DNA from: a virus
Lineage: Duplodnaviria; Caudoviricetes
Length of the DNA stretch: 33,858 nucleotides
Strand: one strand, 5' to 3'
IMG/VR virus record: IMGVR_UViG_3300041584_000118
Coordinates: 1 to 33,858 of that record
A program made the translations under genes and the position numbers. The stretch's first letter is position 1. Each line of letters begins with the position of its first letter. The notes below the pieces were generated by a model, which did not search any database, had not been told where the DNA came from, and worked only from the letters and a program-made list of their open reading frames with translations. Below are positions 25,827 through 33,858 of the stretch, piece by piece.

Positions 25827-27134
25827 TTAGGGTGCTACAAAGTTGGGGTTGTCGGGCGAGGTGGTGGGGGTAACGTCCTGGGTGTAGGAGGTGATCCGGT
25901 ACACGTAGGGGAACATACCCGCGCCAATGCCGTCGATTCGCATGGCGTACAGGATGGGCTTGCAGAGCATTTTCTTGTCGAAAAACGTCATGAAGTCCTG
26001 CATATAGTTGGCCGATGCTACGATTTCTTTGCCGGAGGTACCCATGTCGTTACCGATGGCAATACCTGCTAGCTCGGGCCGGACTCCGTGCGAGCTGGCT
26101 TGTACGAGGTTGGAGGTATTGAACATTTTGATGAAAGCTTCGTCGTTGATGGGGTTCTGGATCGGCGTGATTTTGATGCCCTGGATAGCCCGGCCGTCGA
26201 TGGTGAGCTTTGAAAAAGTAAACAGGATCTTGTTGGCCTTTTCGACACCTGATAGGGTTTCGGATATACCGTCCAATACTTTGTTTTTCAGTTCGTCTTG
26301 TCCGTCTTGATCGAGGCCATCTTGCTCGAAGTAGTCGTCTGGAATGTCGACATGATGGGTTAAGAAAAAACCGTTTTCAAAAGTGCTTTCGTAGTAGTCG
26401 GTAACGCGGTTGGAGATGCTCGTCCATTTCTCACTCCCCCACCACGGCTCAAAGCCGTAGTATTTCTGCATAGGTATAGGGTGCTTAATGTGGATGAGCG
26501 ACAGCGGGTACCGGGTCGGATCTTCGGGATCGAAGGCGGGTACTACTTTGCAATCTTCACGCTTTACTTTTTTCTGGAAACCAAATTGGGGGTTGATCAA
26601 GAACTCGGTAACCTTGTTAGATTTTGCGGCCGGCCTCACGGCGCGCACTTCGTTGGCATCAACTACGTCAATGCTTTTGATTTTCTTGTTGGTTTCGAGC
26701 GCTACCAAGACATTAAGCTCACCACAAAATGCCAACTGGTAGGAGGCCGCAGCGGCGTAGTCGTCAAGGTTTACTTTTTCCTGCCAGCCTTCGAAAGTAT
26801 CGTCAATGAGGGGTACGTAAGAAAACTGTTTATTTAGCACCTCCTTTTTGTGCAGACCAATACCAAGCCCGCCGATGAAATTGCGGCGGGTGACGATGAA
26901 TTGCCATTTGTTGGGGCTTTCGGTGGCTAGCTTGTGCATCACCAACAGCTTATCGTCATTAACGCCACGATTTACGTAGGCATTACTAGAACCACCACCG
27001 CCACCGGTCGATGGCTTTTCACCATGAGCCGCATCGACGGCTTTGGCAGCATCTTTTCCGAAGGTCACTACCACTGCCGACTGCGGGGTGTAGCTTGCCA
27101 GGTAGACGTTTTTGGAAACTCGTTTCAAACTCAT
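25827..27134 (-). CDS. Portal protein
   Basis: 435 aa downstream of TerL; YYG.EPW, LSGVEKANK, HGVRPELAG...SG motifs. Confidence 0.8.
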   Translation of the reverse strand: MSLKRVSKNVYLASYTPQSAVVVTFGKDAAKAVDAAHGEKPSTGGGGGSSNAYVNRGVNDDKLLVMHKLATESPNKWQFIVTRRNFIGGLGIGLHKKEVLNKQFSYVPLIDDTFEGWQEKVNLDDYAAAASYQLAFCGELNVLVALETNKKIKSIDVVDANEVRAVRPAAKSNKVTEFLINPQFGFQKKVKREDCKVVPAFDPEDPTRYPLSLIHIKHPIPMQKYYGFEPWWGSEKWTSISNRVTDYYESTFENGFFLTHHVDIPDDYFEQDGLDQDGQDELKNKVLDGISETLSGVEKANKILFTFSKLTIDGRAIQGIKITPIQNPINDEAFIKMFNTSNLVQASSHGVRPELAGIAIGNDMGTSGKEIVASANYMQDFMTFFDKKMLCKPILYAMRIDGIGAGMFPYVYRITSYTQDVTPTTSPDNPNFVAP

Positions 27135-27397
27135 TAGGTCAGGTGATTGATGGCTTGTCCGTTGAAGGTTAGTAGGAGGTCGATGTAAATATCCATCATG
27201 GCTCCGCTCGATTTATGAGCCAGCTTGATAGTACCAGATCGGTTCATTCGCTTGCGCTCTCCTAGCTCGTTAGTGGTGTTTCTTCTAAGCATACAGCCTT
27301 TCTTCTCACCCCACGATCCGTCAGTTTTACGATAGGTAATATCGAAGACACTAACAGGCTTATTCATTTCAGATAGTACAGCACCAATCGTTATCAT
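27134..27397 (-). CDS. Small phage protein between TerL and portal (87 aa)
   Basis: Stop overlaps the portal ATG; FDITYRKTDG motif. Confidence 0.7.
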   Translation of the reverse strand: MITIGAVLSEMNKPVSVFDITYRKTDGSWGEKKGCMLRRNTTNELGERKRMNRSGTIKLAHKSSGAMMDIYIDLLLTFNGQAINHLT

Positions 27398-27418
27398 TTC
27401 TTACTCCTTTTGTTGATA

Positions 27419-27454
27419 CAATTATACTTTATGCGTCCTTTCGAGAGTAGGACA
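27419..27454 (-). promoter_or_regulatory. Candidate late promoter (TGTCCT-N22-TATAATTG)
   Basis: Shared motif and spacing. Confidence 0.55.
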
Positions 27455-27615
27455 GAAGTTTTTTGAGGTACTTATGCAATGGATTCCTAGATAATCACCA
27501 ACAAATGAGGTGCTTAGGTCGAAAAATCGCAAAAAGGGACTGTGTTAACCTCAGGAATATTTCCCGCACTTTACCCAGGGCGGCAATTGCCGCCTTCCAA
27601 AAAAGGAATATAGGG

Positions 27616-29214
27616 TCATCTGGTTTCGATCAGATTGCGTTGCTTCCGCCTTTGTCTCAGGTAGCTCTTGCACTTCACCCACAGCCAGTAGTCGAGTGCA
27701 TCTGTTCCGTCAGTGGCGAACTCTCTGTTACGGGTTCGCTTCTCTGACGACTTGTCTTTCTGAGCTGATTGGATGCTACCTTTCTTGAAGGTCTTGTTAG
27801 TACTGACAGGCGTCTGTTGGATGTTGATGAGTAGTACCTTGTTGGTGTTGTGGTTGAAGCGTAGCTTGGGAGCACGTGGGTTTCCTTCTTCGAGTAGCGA
27901 GTTGATGAGCGTGTACTTTTCCTGATGGGTAGGGTAACTTGATAGCTCTCTCCTGAACACTCGCCAACCTCGCTTGATAAGTACATCACAGATCAGATCA
28001 AAGAACGGACGGTTCTTCATGGATGTCGATGCACTCGTAGCCTTACCACCAGGGTCGCCATATACAAATACATCCTTCACTTCATTGGATTGATAGGTGT
28101 CGCAGAACCACGTGCCGAGCTGTTCGAGGATACTATTATCCTGATCGACCTTAACGCCTGTCGGCTTCACGTAGTTGGAGTTGATAACCCTTAGCTCCTT
28201 CCCCATGTCTTGCCCTACGATACCCCACACGATATCAGCGTTAAAATCAAGGCTGAAATCCAGGGGCCGTTCAGTCAGGTAGTCATTAGATCGGTAGAGT
28301 ACGAGCCCTGTCTTCTCGTCGTCCTGATACGTAAATGATTTCGTATAGCAGTGCTTAGCCACAGTGAACCCAAAGTAGAACCCGTTCGGTAGCTTGCCCA
28401 GCCGGTGGTTCAATACTTCCACATCAAACTCCAACGGTTCAAGCTCATCCCTTAGCCTACCTTCATAGTCATCAGGCAGTACAGCCTGATTGTCCTTGAA
28501 GGTCGATTCCAAGAATAGGTACGTAGGAGGAGTGGCAGTGAGCTGATCCGCGTCCCAGTTGGCCCGCTCGGCGAGCATGCCGTTCCAGCGCTCCTCCGTT
28601 TCGTAGATCCACATCCCCTCCTGTGTCCAGGAGGCTGATGAGAAATCGAAGAAACCATGGTGCCAGGGGTGAGACGCAAACTTCGCATACTTATTGGCCC
28701 GCACCGCCGGTTGGATTACTTTCTTGATGAAATCTGGATTCATCGTTGCTGACTCATCCACCAAGAACCCGTCCAAGTTCAGGCCTCGGTGGGTTTCAGG
28801 CCTGTCCTGACTGATGAGCCGAAGCGTAAAACCATTAATGAACGTGATACAATACTGGTACCCGAGCCGTCCCACTTTCTTGTAGGGCGATATCCAGTGA
28901 TCGGGAGGTTTCACCCCTACCACAAACAGCCCGGCCGGGTTCGTCTTGGCGTTATACTCGGTGATCCCCATCATCGAGAGCGCATCCCGTATCGAGGGTA
29001 TCACGATAAGGTCGAGTTGTACGTATGTTAATCCTACAATAGCCCATGTGGCCTTGGCGAAGTAGTTGAACAATATCCCTACCGACATCCCCATCACAGT
29101 CGACTTCCCCGAGCCTCGCCCACCGATGAAGCTCTTGCGTTTCGCCCTACTTCTCAGAAACTTAATCTGCTTTTCGTTGGCGTGGATCTTCCGTACAATC
29201 TCGTGGCTACTCAT
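27616..29214 (-). CDS. terL: Terminase large subunit
   Basis: Walker A GGRGSGKS, Walker B FLVDES, nuclease acidic motifs SLDFN and DGTDALDY; start MSSHEI overlaps the TerS stop. Confidence 0.92.
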   Translation of the reverse strand: MSSHEIVRKIHANEKQIKFLRSRAKRKSFIGGRGSGKSTVMGMSVGILFNYFAKATWAIVGLTYVQLDLIVIPSIRDALSMMGITEYNAKTNPAGLFVVGVKPPDHWISPYKKVGRLGYQYCITFINGFTLRLISQDRPETHRGLNLDGFLVDESATMNPDFIKKVIQPAVRANKYAKFASHPWHHGFFDFSSASWTQEGMWIYETEERWNGMLAERANWDADQLTATPPTYLFLESTFKDNQAVLPDDYEGRLRDELEPLEFDVEVLNHRLGKLPNGFYFGFTVAKHCYTKSFTYQDDEKTGLVLYRSNDYLTERPLDFSLDFNADIVWGIVGQDMGKELRVINSNYVKPTGVKVDQDNSILEQLGTWFCDTYQSNEVKDVFVYGDPGGKATSASTSMKNRPFFDLICDVLIKRGWRVFRRELSSYPTHQEKYTLINSLLEEGNPRAPKLRFNHNTNKVLLINIQQTPVSTNKTFKKGSIQSAQKDKSSEKRTRNREFATDGTDALDYWLWVKCKSYLRQRRKQRNLIETR

Positions 29215-29737
29215 CCAGCTCGATTTGTTTCTTGAACACATTCACGTTGTTCACGAAGACGTACTTAGCCGTCTTCAAGAAGTCCGCTGGATCAAGACCT
29301 ACATCTTCTGGCTCGTTCAGCTTGGCCAGATGATCTCCCTGCTGCCTCGCTTTCACGGCTGCGTCCAAGTTATTTTCCTTCAATGCCATGTTCACAATGA
29401 GGTCATAGAACGCAATCGACGCCGACCGCCGACCGTCCCGGTCTACCTGGTCCAGCCGGCCATGCACAAACTTCGCTTCCTCAAAAATGTACCTTGCCTG
29501 CCGCTCCTCAATTTCATAGTCGCGCATCAGCATACTCCTTATCATATCATCCGTCCGGCCCAGGCAGTACCAGCTCCAAGCCTTCCGGTACTTTTCCAGC
29601 ATATCTATCTGGGTAGCGGTCATATCCACCAGCTCCACTTCCTGATTGTAGTACCTCAGGTAGGCGTCCATCTTCGTTTCATCTATTTTCAGGATGCGCT
29701 TCAACTTCCCTATACTTTTCACTTTGCTCATGTCCAT
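29207..29737 (-). CDS. Putative terminase small subunit
   Basis: 176 aa helical protein immediately upstream of and overlapping TerL. Confidence 0.65.
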   Translation of the reverse strand: MDMSKVKSIGKLKRILKIDETKMDAYLRYYNQEVELVDMTATQIDMLEKYRKAWSWYCLGRTDDMIRSMLMRDYEIEERQARYIFEEAKFVHGRLDQVDRDGRRSASIAFYDLIVNMALKENNLDAAVKARQQGDHLAKLNEPEDVGLDPADFLKTAKYVFVNNVNVFKKQIELDE

Positions 29738-29755
29738 ACATTAAAAAACCTCCCT

Positions 29756-29791
29756 GCTAGTTACAGGGAGGCCTTTTAAAATAGTAGGACA
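29756..29791 (-). promoter_or_regulatory. Candidate late promoter (TGTCCT-N22-TAACTAGC) overlapping a hairpin
   Basis: Shared motif; hairpin CCTCCCTG...CAGGGAGG at about 29749-29771. Confidence 0.45.
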
Positions 29792-29831
29792 GGAAATTTT
29801 CAGGTTTCAGATAACCTAAAACAGCCCATTT

Positions 29832-30161
29832 TCATTCGGGTCTTCGATCGCCCCCTTCAAACGTCTTCCTACTACCCGAATTCAAGCCCTTCCCGTTCGT
29901 GGCGGAAGTAGGCGTAGCCACCCACCACTCAAACTCGTAGAACCGACCCATGGCCTTGCTGAGCTCCACATAAAACAGCATACCTTCCCCGGGTTGCAAA
30001 AGCCTGGTAGCGCACCGGTGCTCCTGTTGGCCATACAAGGGCCGGCGCATCTGCACTACCACGTGCCCACGCATAGGGGTATCCGTTTTGTTCACTACCC
30101 GAAACACCGCCTTGGGTAGCTCCTGCCCTTTCACGGTCACATTCATAATATGCTGTACCAT
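29832..30161 (-). CDS. Hypothetical protein (109 aa)
   Basis: ATG ORF co-oriented. Confidence 0.6.
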   Translation of the reverse strand: MVQHIMNVTVKGQELPKAVFRVVNKTDTPMRGHVVVQMRRPLYGQQEHRCATRLLQPGEGMLFYVELSKAMGRFYEFEWWVATPTSATNGKGLNSGSRKTFEGGDRRPE

Positions 30162-30171
30162 TTCTTCTCAA

Positions 30172-30807
30172 TTATATCGTTATAAACAACGCCTTCATTA
30201 CCTCATACTGCGCCGTACCTATCGCAATCCGCTTTTCGTACTCCGCTTTTTTGCTCATAGTCTTCGCTTTCGCCATCAGCTTCGGCCAGCGATGATTCAC
30301 ATTAATAGCCATATTCTTCATCATCCTATCCAGCTCCCACTTATCGCGGGGGAGGTCTTCGGCGTAGTTCACCGGAAACCCCACCTCCTGGTCTTCCGGC
30401 TCCTGTGAGGGCAAATGCCCATACCGCCGCACGTACTGAATCGTATCGCCCAGCTCCTCCCATTGCGCCCGGTAGTCGAGTATCTCCTTCGTCAGCTCCG
30501 GGCACGGCCTACTGGCCGGTACCGTTTGAAGTCGCATCGAGACATGGCGTTTCTTCACGTCGATCACTGCCCGTTGCCTTTCCAGCTCCACCAGTAGCGT
30601 TTTCATCTCCGAGGTTTCGGGTAGCAGTGGCAGCTCCGCCAAGGTGGGCGTAGGCGGCACATAGGTATACTGCCCTATCCGCTCCCACACCAGCTGAGCT
30701 TCCTGCACCTGTTGTTCGGTAGCCTTGCCGCTGCGGAGTTCTAGTTTCAGTAGCTGCCATTGGGCCTTGGCCCGCATACGTTCCTTTTTGATTTGCGCTT
30801 CATCCAT
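30172..30807 (-). CDS. Hypothetical coiled-coil phage protein (211 aa)
   Basis: ATG ORF co-oriented. Confidence 0.7.
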   Translation of the reverse strand: MDEAQIKKERMRAKAQWQLLKLELRSGKATEQQVQEAQLVWERIGQYTYVPPTPTLAELPLLPETSEMKTLLVELERQRAVIDVKKRHVSMRLQTVPASRPCPELTKEILDYRAQWEELGDTIQYVRRYGHLPSQEPEDQEVGFPVNYAEDLPRDKWELDRMMKNMAINVNHRWPKLMAKAKTMSKKAEYEKRIAIGTAQYEVMKALFITI

Positions 30808-31078
30808 GGTCCAATATCGCCAAAATTACCGGCGCAACGTTTCGTGTAGCACATTAGCATCTACCCCCGCGCTGGTCAAAACTTCATCAATCCGGGCAAA
30901 GGGTAGGGGGGCGGGTGTCGGTTCGGGTGGGTACATAGGTAGGTATGTTGGTTGGTCACTGCGAAACTTACTGCATGCACACAGAAGGATGGGGCACTTT
31001 CAGCCCCATGCCAACCGACAATTTCTTGTCGGCCTTCTCCATACATCTAGTTCACTAAGTTTCGCGGGGGCAATATAC

Positions 31079-31110
31079 AAAAAAAGATCCCTCCAACATG
31101 AAGGGATCTT
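31079..31110 (-). terminator. Intrinsic terminator after the capsid operon
   Basis: Minus strand AAGATCCCTTCA-TGT-TGGAGGGATCTTTTTTT. Confidence 0.75.
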
Positions 31111-31136
31111 CTCTCATTCTTTCACCCACTGAGGGG

Positions 31137-31364
31137 CTAGGCTTCAAGTTCGGGTGCCTGGCGTTTTTCCAGCGCGGCCAATTGGGCCTTTGCCTTCTCT
31201 ACAATCTTCGCCGCCCACTCCGCTTCCGGATCCAGCTCGTCAACCGCATCTTCCGATACAGTCGGCTCGGTGTCAACCTTTACTTCTTCCTGCTTTTCCT
31301 GCTGGGGAGTCTGCTCCTGGGGTGTTGTCTTTTTCATCCGTATTCGGGGTTTTAATTGGTTCAA
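31137..31364 (-). CDS. Small acidic hypothetical protein (likely start MKKTTPQ)
   Basis: Glu/Lys-rich ORF ending just before the terminator. Confidence 0.55.
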   Translation of the reverse strand: MNQLKPRIRMKKTTPQEQTPQQEKQEEVKVDTEPTVSEDAVDELDPEAEWAAKIVEKAKAQLAALEKRQAPELEA

Positions 31365-31515
31365 AATACCGGTCGAAGCCCAGGGCTATCAGCTCCGCAA
31401 TCGTCGAGTCCTTCAAGCTCTCGTCGATCTTCACGTAGCCGAAGCCCGGCACCACGTGTGCCACGCCGCCTTCCGGTACATTCACCAATCTGAATTTAAA
31501 TTTTTTCATGATCAA
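31273..31515 (-). CDS. Small hypothetical virion-associated protein
   Basis: ORF after the tube-like gene. Confidence 0.55.
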   Translation of the reverse strand: MIMKKFKFRLVNVPEGGVAHVVPGFGYVKIDESLKDSTIAELIALGFDRYFEPIKTPNTDEKDNTPGADSPAGKAGRSKG

Positions 31516-31562
31516 TTCCTTACAAGTGAATTACTAGCCTGAATCAACAGGGTGGCTACCGC

Positions 31563-32228
31563 TTAGGCCTGAATCAACAGGGTTGCTACCTGAGCCGCAG
31601 CCAAAGGTAGCACATCCCATATGTATCCGTCCTGCTCACCTTTTACCGTAAAACCGCGCTTGTCGTTCCCTTTCTTGCCACCTTTGAAGGCTTGCTTCAC
31701 AAAAATGGGGTTGTCGCTGCTGCCCACTACTACGTAAGTGCCATCGTTCATTTCTACCACGAAAATCGCCCCGGCGTTCATGTATTTGTCTAGCTCGCCT
31801 TGGATGCTCTTCGAGAATCCCGCCAGCATAAATTCAATCGCGTGCTTATAGCTCTGAAACCCAGGGTCGCCCTGTTTCTCCGAGCTCACCTCAATCGTCC
31901 CGTCCGGGCACTCATACTTCGCAAACTTCTCCGTATCGATCAGCGTCGGCACGGTCGTAATCTCACCAGCTGTAATATCCGCTCGCTTGGGCCATATCCC
32001 CGTCACCATATTGGCCAGTACTACCAGCAGCTGCCGGGTACCGCCGGGGTTGCCCACCTGATGGCTCGTGCCGTCTAGGTTCGCGAAGTTCACAGCCACG
32101 GCCATGGCCACGCCACCACCAAGGGCCGGGCTCAGGTGGGCCATTAGCTCAGTAGGCAGCACCACGGCCACCAAAAACAACATCAAGGCCCCCAAAAAAC
32201 TCACAATATTTTTCATAATAAGACTCAA
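31563..32228 (-). CDS. Putative major tail (tube)-like protein with a hydrophobic N-terminal extension
   Basis: NPGG motif, beta-rich body with GAIFVVEMNDGTYVVVGS; follows the capsid gene. Confidence 0.55.
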   Translation of the reverse strand: MSLIMKNIVSFLGALMLFLVAVVLPTELMAHLSPALGGGVAMAVAVNFANLDGTSHQVGNPGGTRQLLVVLANMVTGIWPKRADITAGEITTVPTLIDTEKFAKYECPDGTIEVSSEKQGDPGFQSYKHAIEFMLAGFSKSIQGELDKYMNAGAIFVVEMNDGTYVVVGSSDNPIFVKQAFKGGKKGNDKRGFTVKGEQDGYIWDVLPLAAAQVATLLIQA

Positions 32229-32301
32229 TAAATAGTAGAAAATTCACTTAAAATAGAATAGCCAGTGCCCCCTTCCTGCTGGAAGAGGGCCTTGCTTAGG
32301 T

Positions 32302-33303
32302 CTACGCTACGTCACCCATCCAGAACAACGAGTCCATGGCCCAGTCAAACCCTACCTGAAAATCAATCATGTAGGCCAATGAGCGGGAGCGCTTATCGTA
32401 GTCAAACTCAATGCGGGTCTGCTCGCCTTCGTCGTCATACAGCCACGCCAAGTTCTCACGGGTGGTGATAATCGGCGACTCAAACGCCGTGGCCCCGGTG
32501 GTCGACATCCCCGGCTCGACCACAAACTCAATCATCGTGCCCTCGATATTCATTTTGTCAAACCCACCGTTGTACGGCGAATCGTTGAACTTCGAGCGGT
32601 AGTCACGCTCATAGGCCTGCTTGTATTTCAACGGCGTAATACACACCAGATCCTCGTAGAAATAATCCGACGGCACCAGGTCAATAATCTTCTCGATCTC
32701 GGCCACACCATTGGCTTGCGTAATGGCGTTGATGGTCACAATCTGATTCGCCGCAATTCGCGAAGCCGCCTTGGCCACCGCCATCTTGTAGAACAACCCG
32801 TCCATCGCTTCCAGCGCCGTGGTACCGGCGTCGTTGCGTTGGCCATTAATCAGGGCTACCGAGCGCAGGTCGGTACTAAGTTTCTGGAACACCTTCTCAA
32901 TCACCTGCGCCTCGAAAGGAAACGTAGTGCGGTCGATCTTCCCGCCCCGTACCTGGCCATAGTAGCTCTTGTACAGCGCCATAATGGTACTTTCCTTGAA
33001 CAACAAATCCACCTTGCAAGGCTTCACCTTGGCCCGGCGTGGCTTCAACTTCACCGCATTGGTGAGGGGGTTGAAGGCATCCTTGTTGCCCGGCTGCAAC
33101 ACGCTCTCGATGTAGAGCTCCGTGAGCACTACTTCGTCGTTGCCAACCACGGGCATCATGTAGTCGGTTACGGGTTTAATGGGCGTGCCCGGCCGTCCGG
33201 CCATACCGCCAGCATAAATCTTCCCAAAAATGTGGTCCTTATTGTCCCGGGCGTAGTCGGTCGCCGTGGTGGCCAATAGGCTCAAATCCACTGAATCTGC
33301 CAT
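32302..33303 (-). CDS. Major capsid protein
   Basis: 333 aa, EAMDGL motif, C-terminal YMIDFQVGF strand; follows a scaffold-like gene. Confidence 0.75.
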   Translation of the reverse strand: MADSVDLSLLATTATDYARDNKDHIFGKIYAGGMAGRPGTPIKPVTDYMMPVVGNDEVVLTELYIESVLQPGNKDAFNPLTNAVKLKPRRAKVKPCKVDLLFKESTIMALYKSYYGQVRGGKIDRTTFPFEAQVIEKVFQKLSTDLRSVALINGQRNDAGTTALEAMDGLFYKMAVAKAASRIAANQIVTINAITQANGVAEIEKIIDLVPSDYFYEDLVCITPLKYKQAYERDYRSKFNDSPYNGGFDKMNIEGTMIEFVVEPGMSTTGATAFESPIITTRENLAWLYDDEGEQTRIEFDYDKRSRSLAYMIDFQVGFDWAMDSLFWMGDVA

Positions 33304-33366
33304 AGCTAATAGAAATTAAGAAATTAAAAGTCAATACGTTGTTACTAATTCGGGTTACTCTGCGCC

Positions 33367-33858
33367 CTAGCGGTTATTCCAGGGGGCCGTTTGCCAGCTT
33401 TTTGCTTTGGCTGGTTTGAGGTCGGCGGCATCCTCGGGCTGCACACCGGCTTCTACTTTTGTAGCGTTGGCATACCAGCTCTGCAATACGCCATACTCAG
33501 CCCGGTGTTGTTGCCAAGCCGCAGCATCCGCCCGGAGCTGTGCTAGCTCTTGGGCGCTTACCTGCTCCTGCTCGGGCTGTTCTTCGGTAGCTACTACCTC
33601 GGGGGCAGTCTCTGCCTCATGGGCTGTTTCAATGGTTTCGGCTACCACGGGAGCTTCGTTAGCTAGCTCAGCTACTTCTTGCGTAGCTTCGGTTTCTACT
33701 GCTTCCGGAGCGGCTACCGCCTCGGGTGCAGGTGGGGTCGTAGCGCTCAGCCGATTACTAATCTCCTGCACATCGGCCCCCAATTCGTTGTAGTCTTCGG
33801 TCGTCAGCGACTCGCTCAGCGCCCGGTTCGATCTCGGAAAAAGGCTGGCCAGCAGCCC
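33367..33858 (-). CDS. Scaffold-like acidic Ala/Glu-rich protein (partial, open to the right edge)
   Basis: Frame is open from 33858 to the stop at 33367; low-complexity E/A/T/P tract directly upstream of the capsid gene. Confidence 0.6.
   Translation of the reverse strand, partial: GLLASLFPRSNRALSESLTTEDYNELGADVQEISNRLSATTPPAPEAVAAPEAVETEATQEVAELANEAPVVAETIETAHEAETAPEVVATEEQPEQEQVSAQELAQLRADAAAWQQHRAEYGVLQSWYANATKVEAGVQPEDAADLKPAKAKSWQTAPWNNR

Noticed and set aside
30808-31078. Possible short ORFs or ncRNA between the 211-aa gene and the terminator
   Set aside because: Only short frames and a weak hairpin; insufficient support

Overview
The window is most of a tailed-phage (siphovirus-like) genome of apparent Bacteroidota type, almost all on the minus strand. 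Left: early/replication module (SSB-like protein, iteron-rich putative origin, BT4734/PriCT-2 primase-helicase). At about 6.4-6.75 kb: a three-operator switch region followed only by a C-terminal integrase remnant, with no repressor gene. Right: virion and lysis genes (scaffold-like, major capsid, tube-like, TerS/TerL, portal, secreted glycoside-hydrolase-like cargo, spanin/holin/M15 endolysin, tail genes, tape measure). The standout is a self-contained cassette of about 4.3 kb (12410-16706) inserted in the tail operon. It holds three small ORFs, a 367-aa Cas12f-like protein with a degenerate, C-terminally truncated RuvC (predicted nuclease-dead), a tracrRNA-like region with anti-repeat and pseudoknot potential, and two CRISPR arrays (18 full 37-bp repeats) separated by a slightly diverged duplicate of the cas 3' end plus tracrRNA. 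No cas1/cas2 and no sigma factor are present in the window. All product calls come from motifs, recalled family features and synteny; no searches were run.
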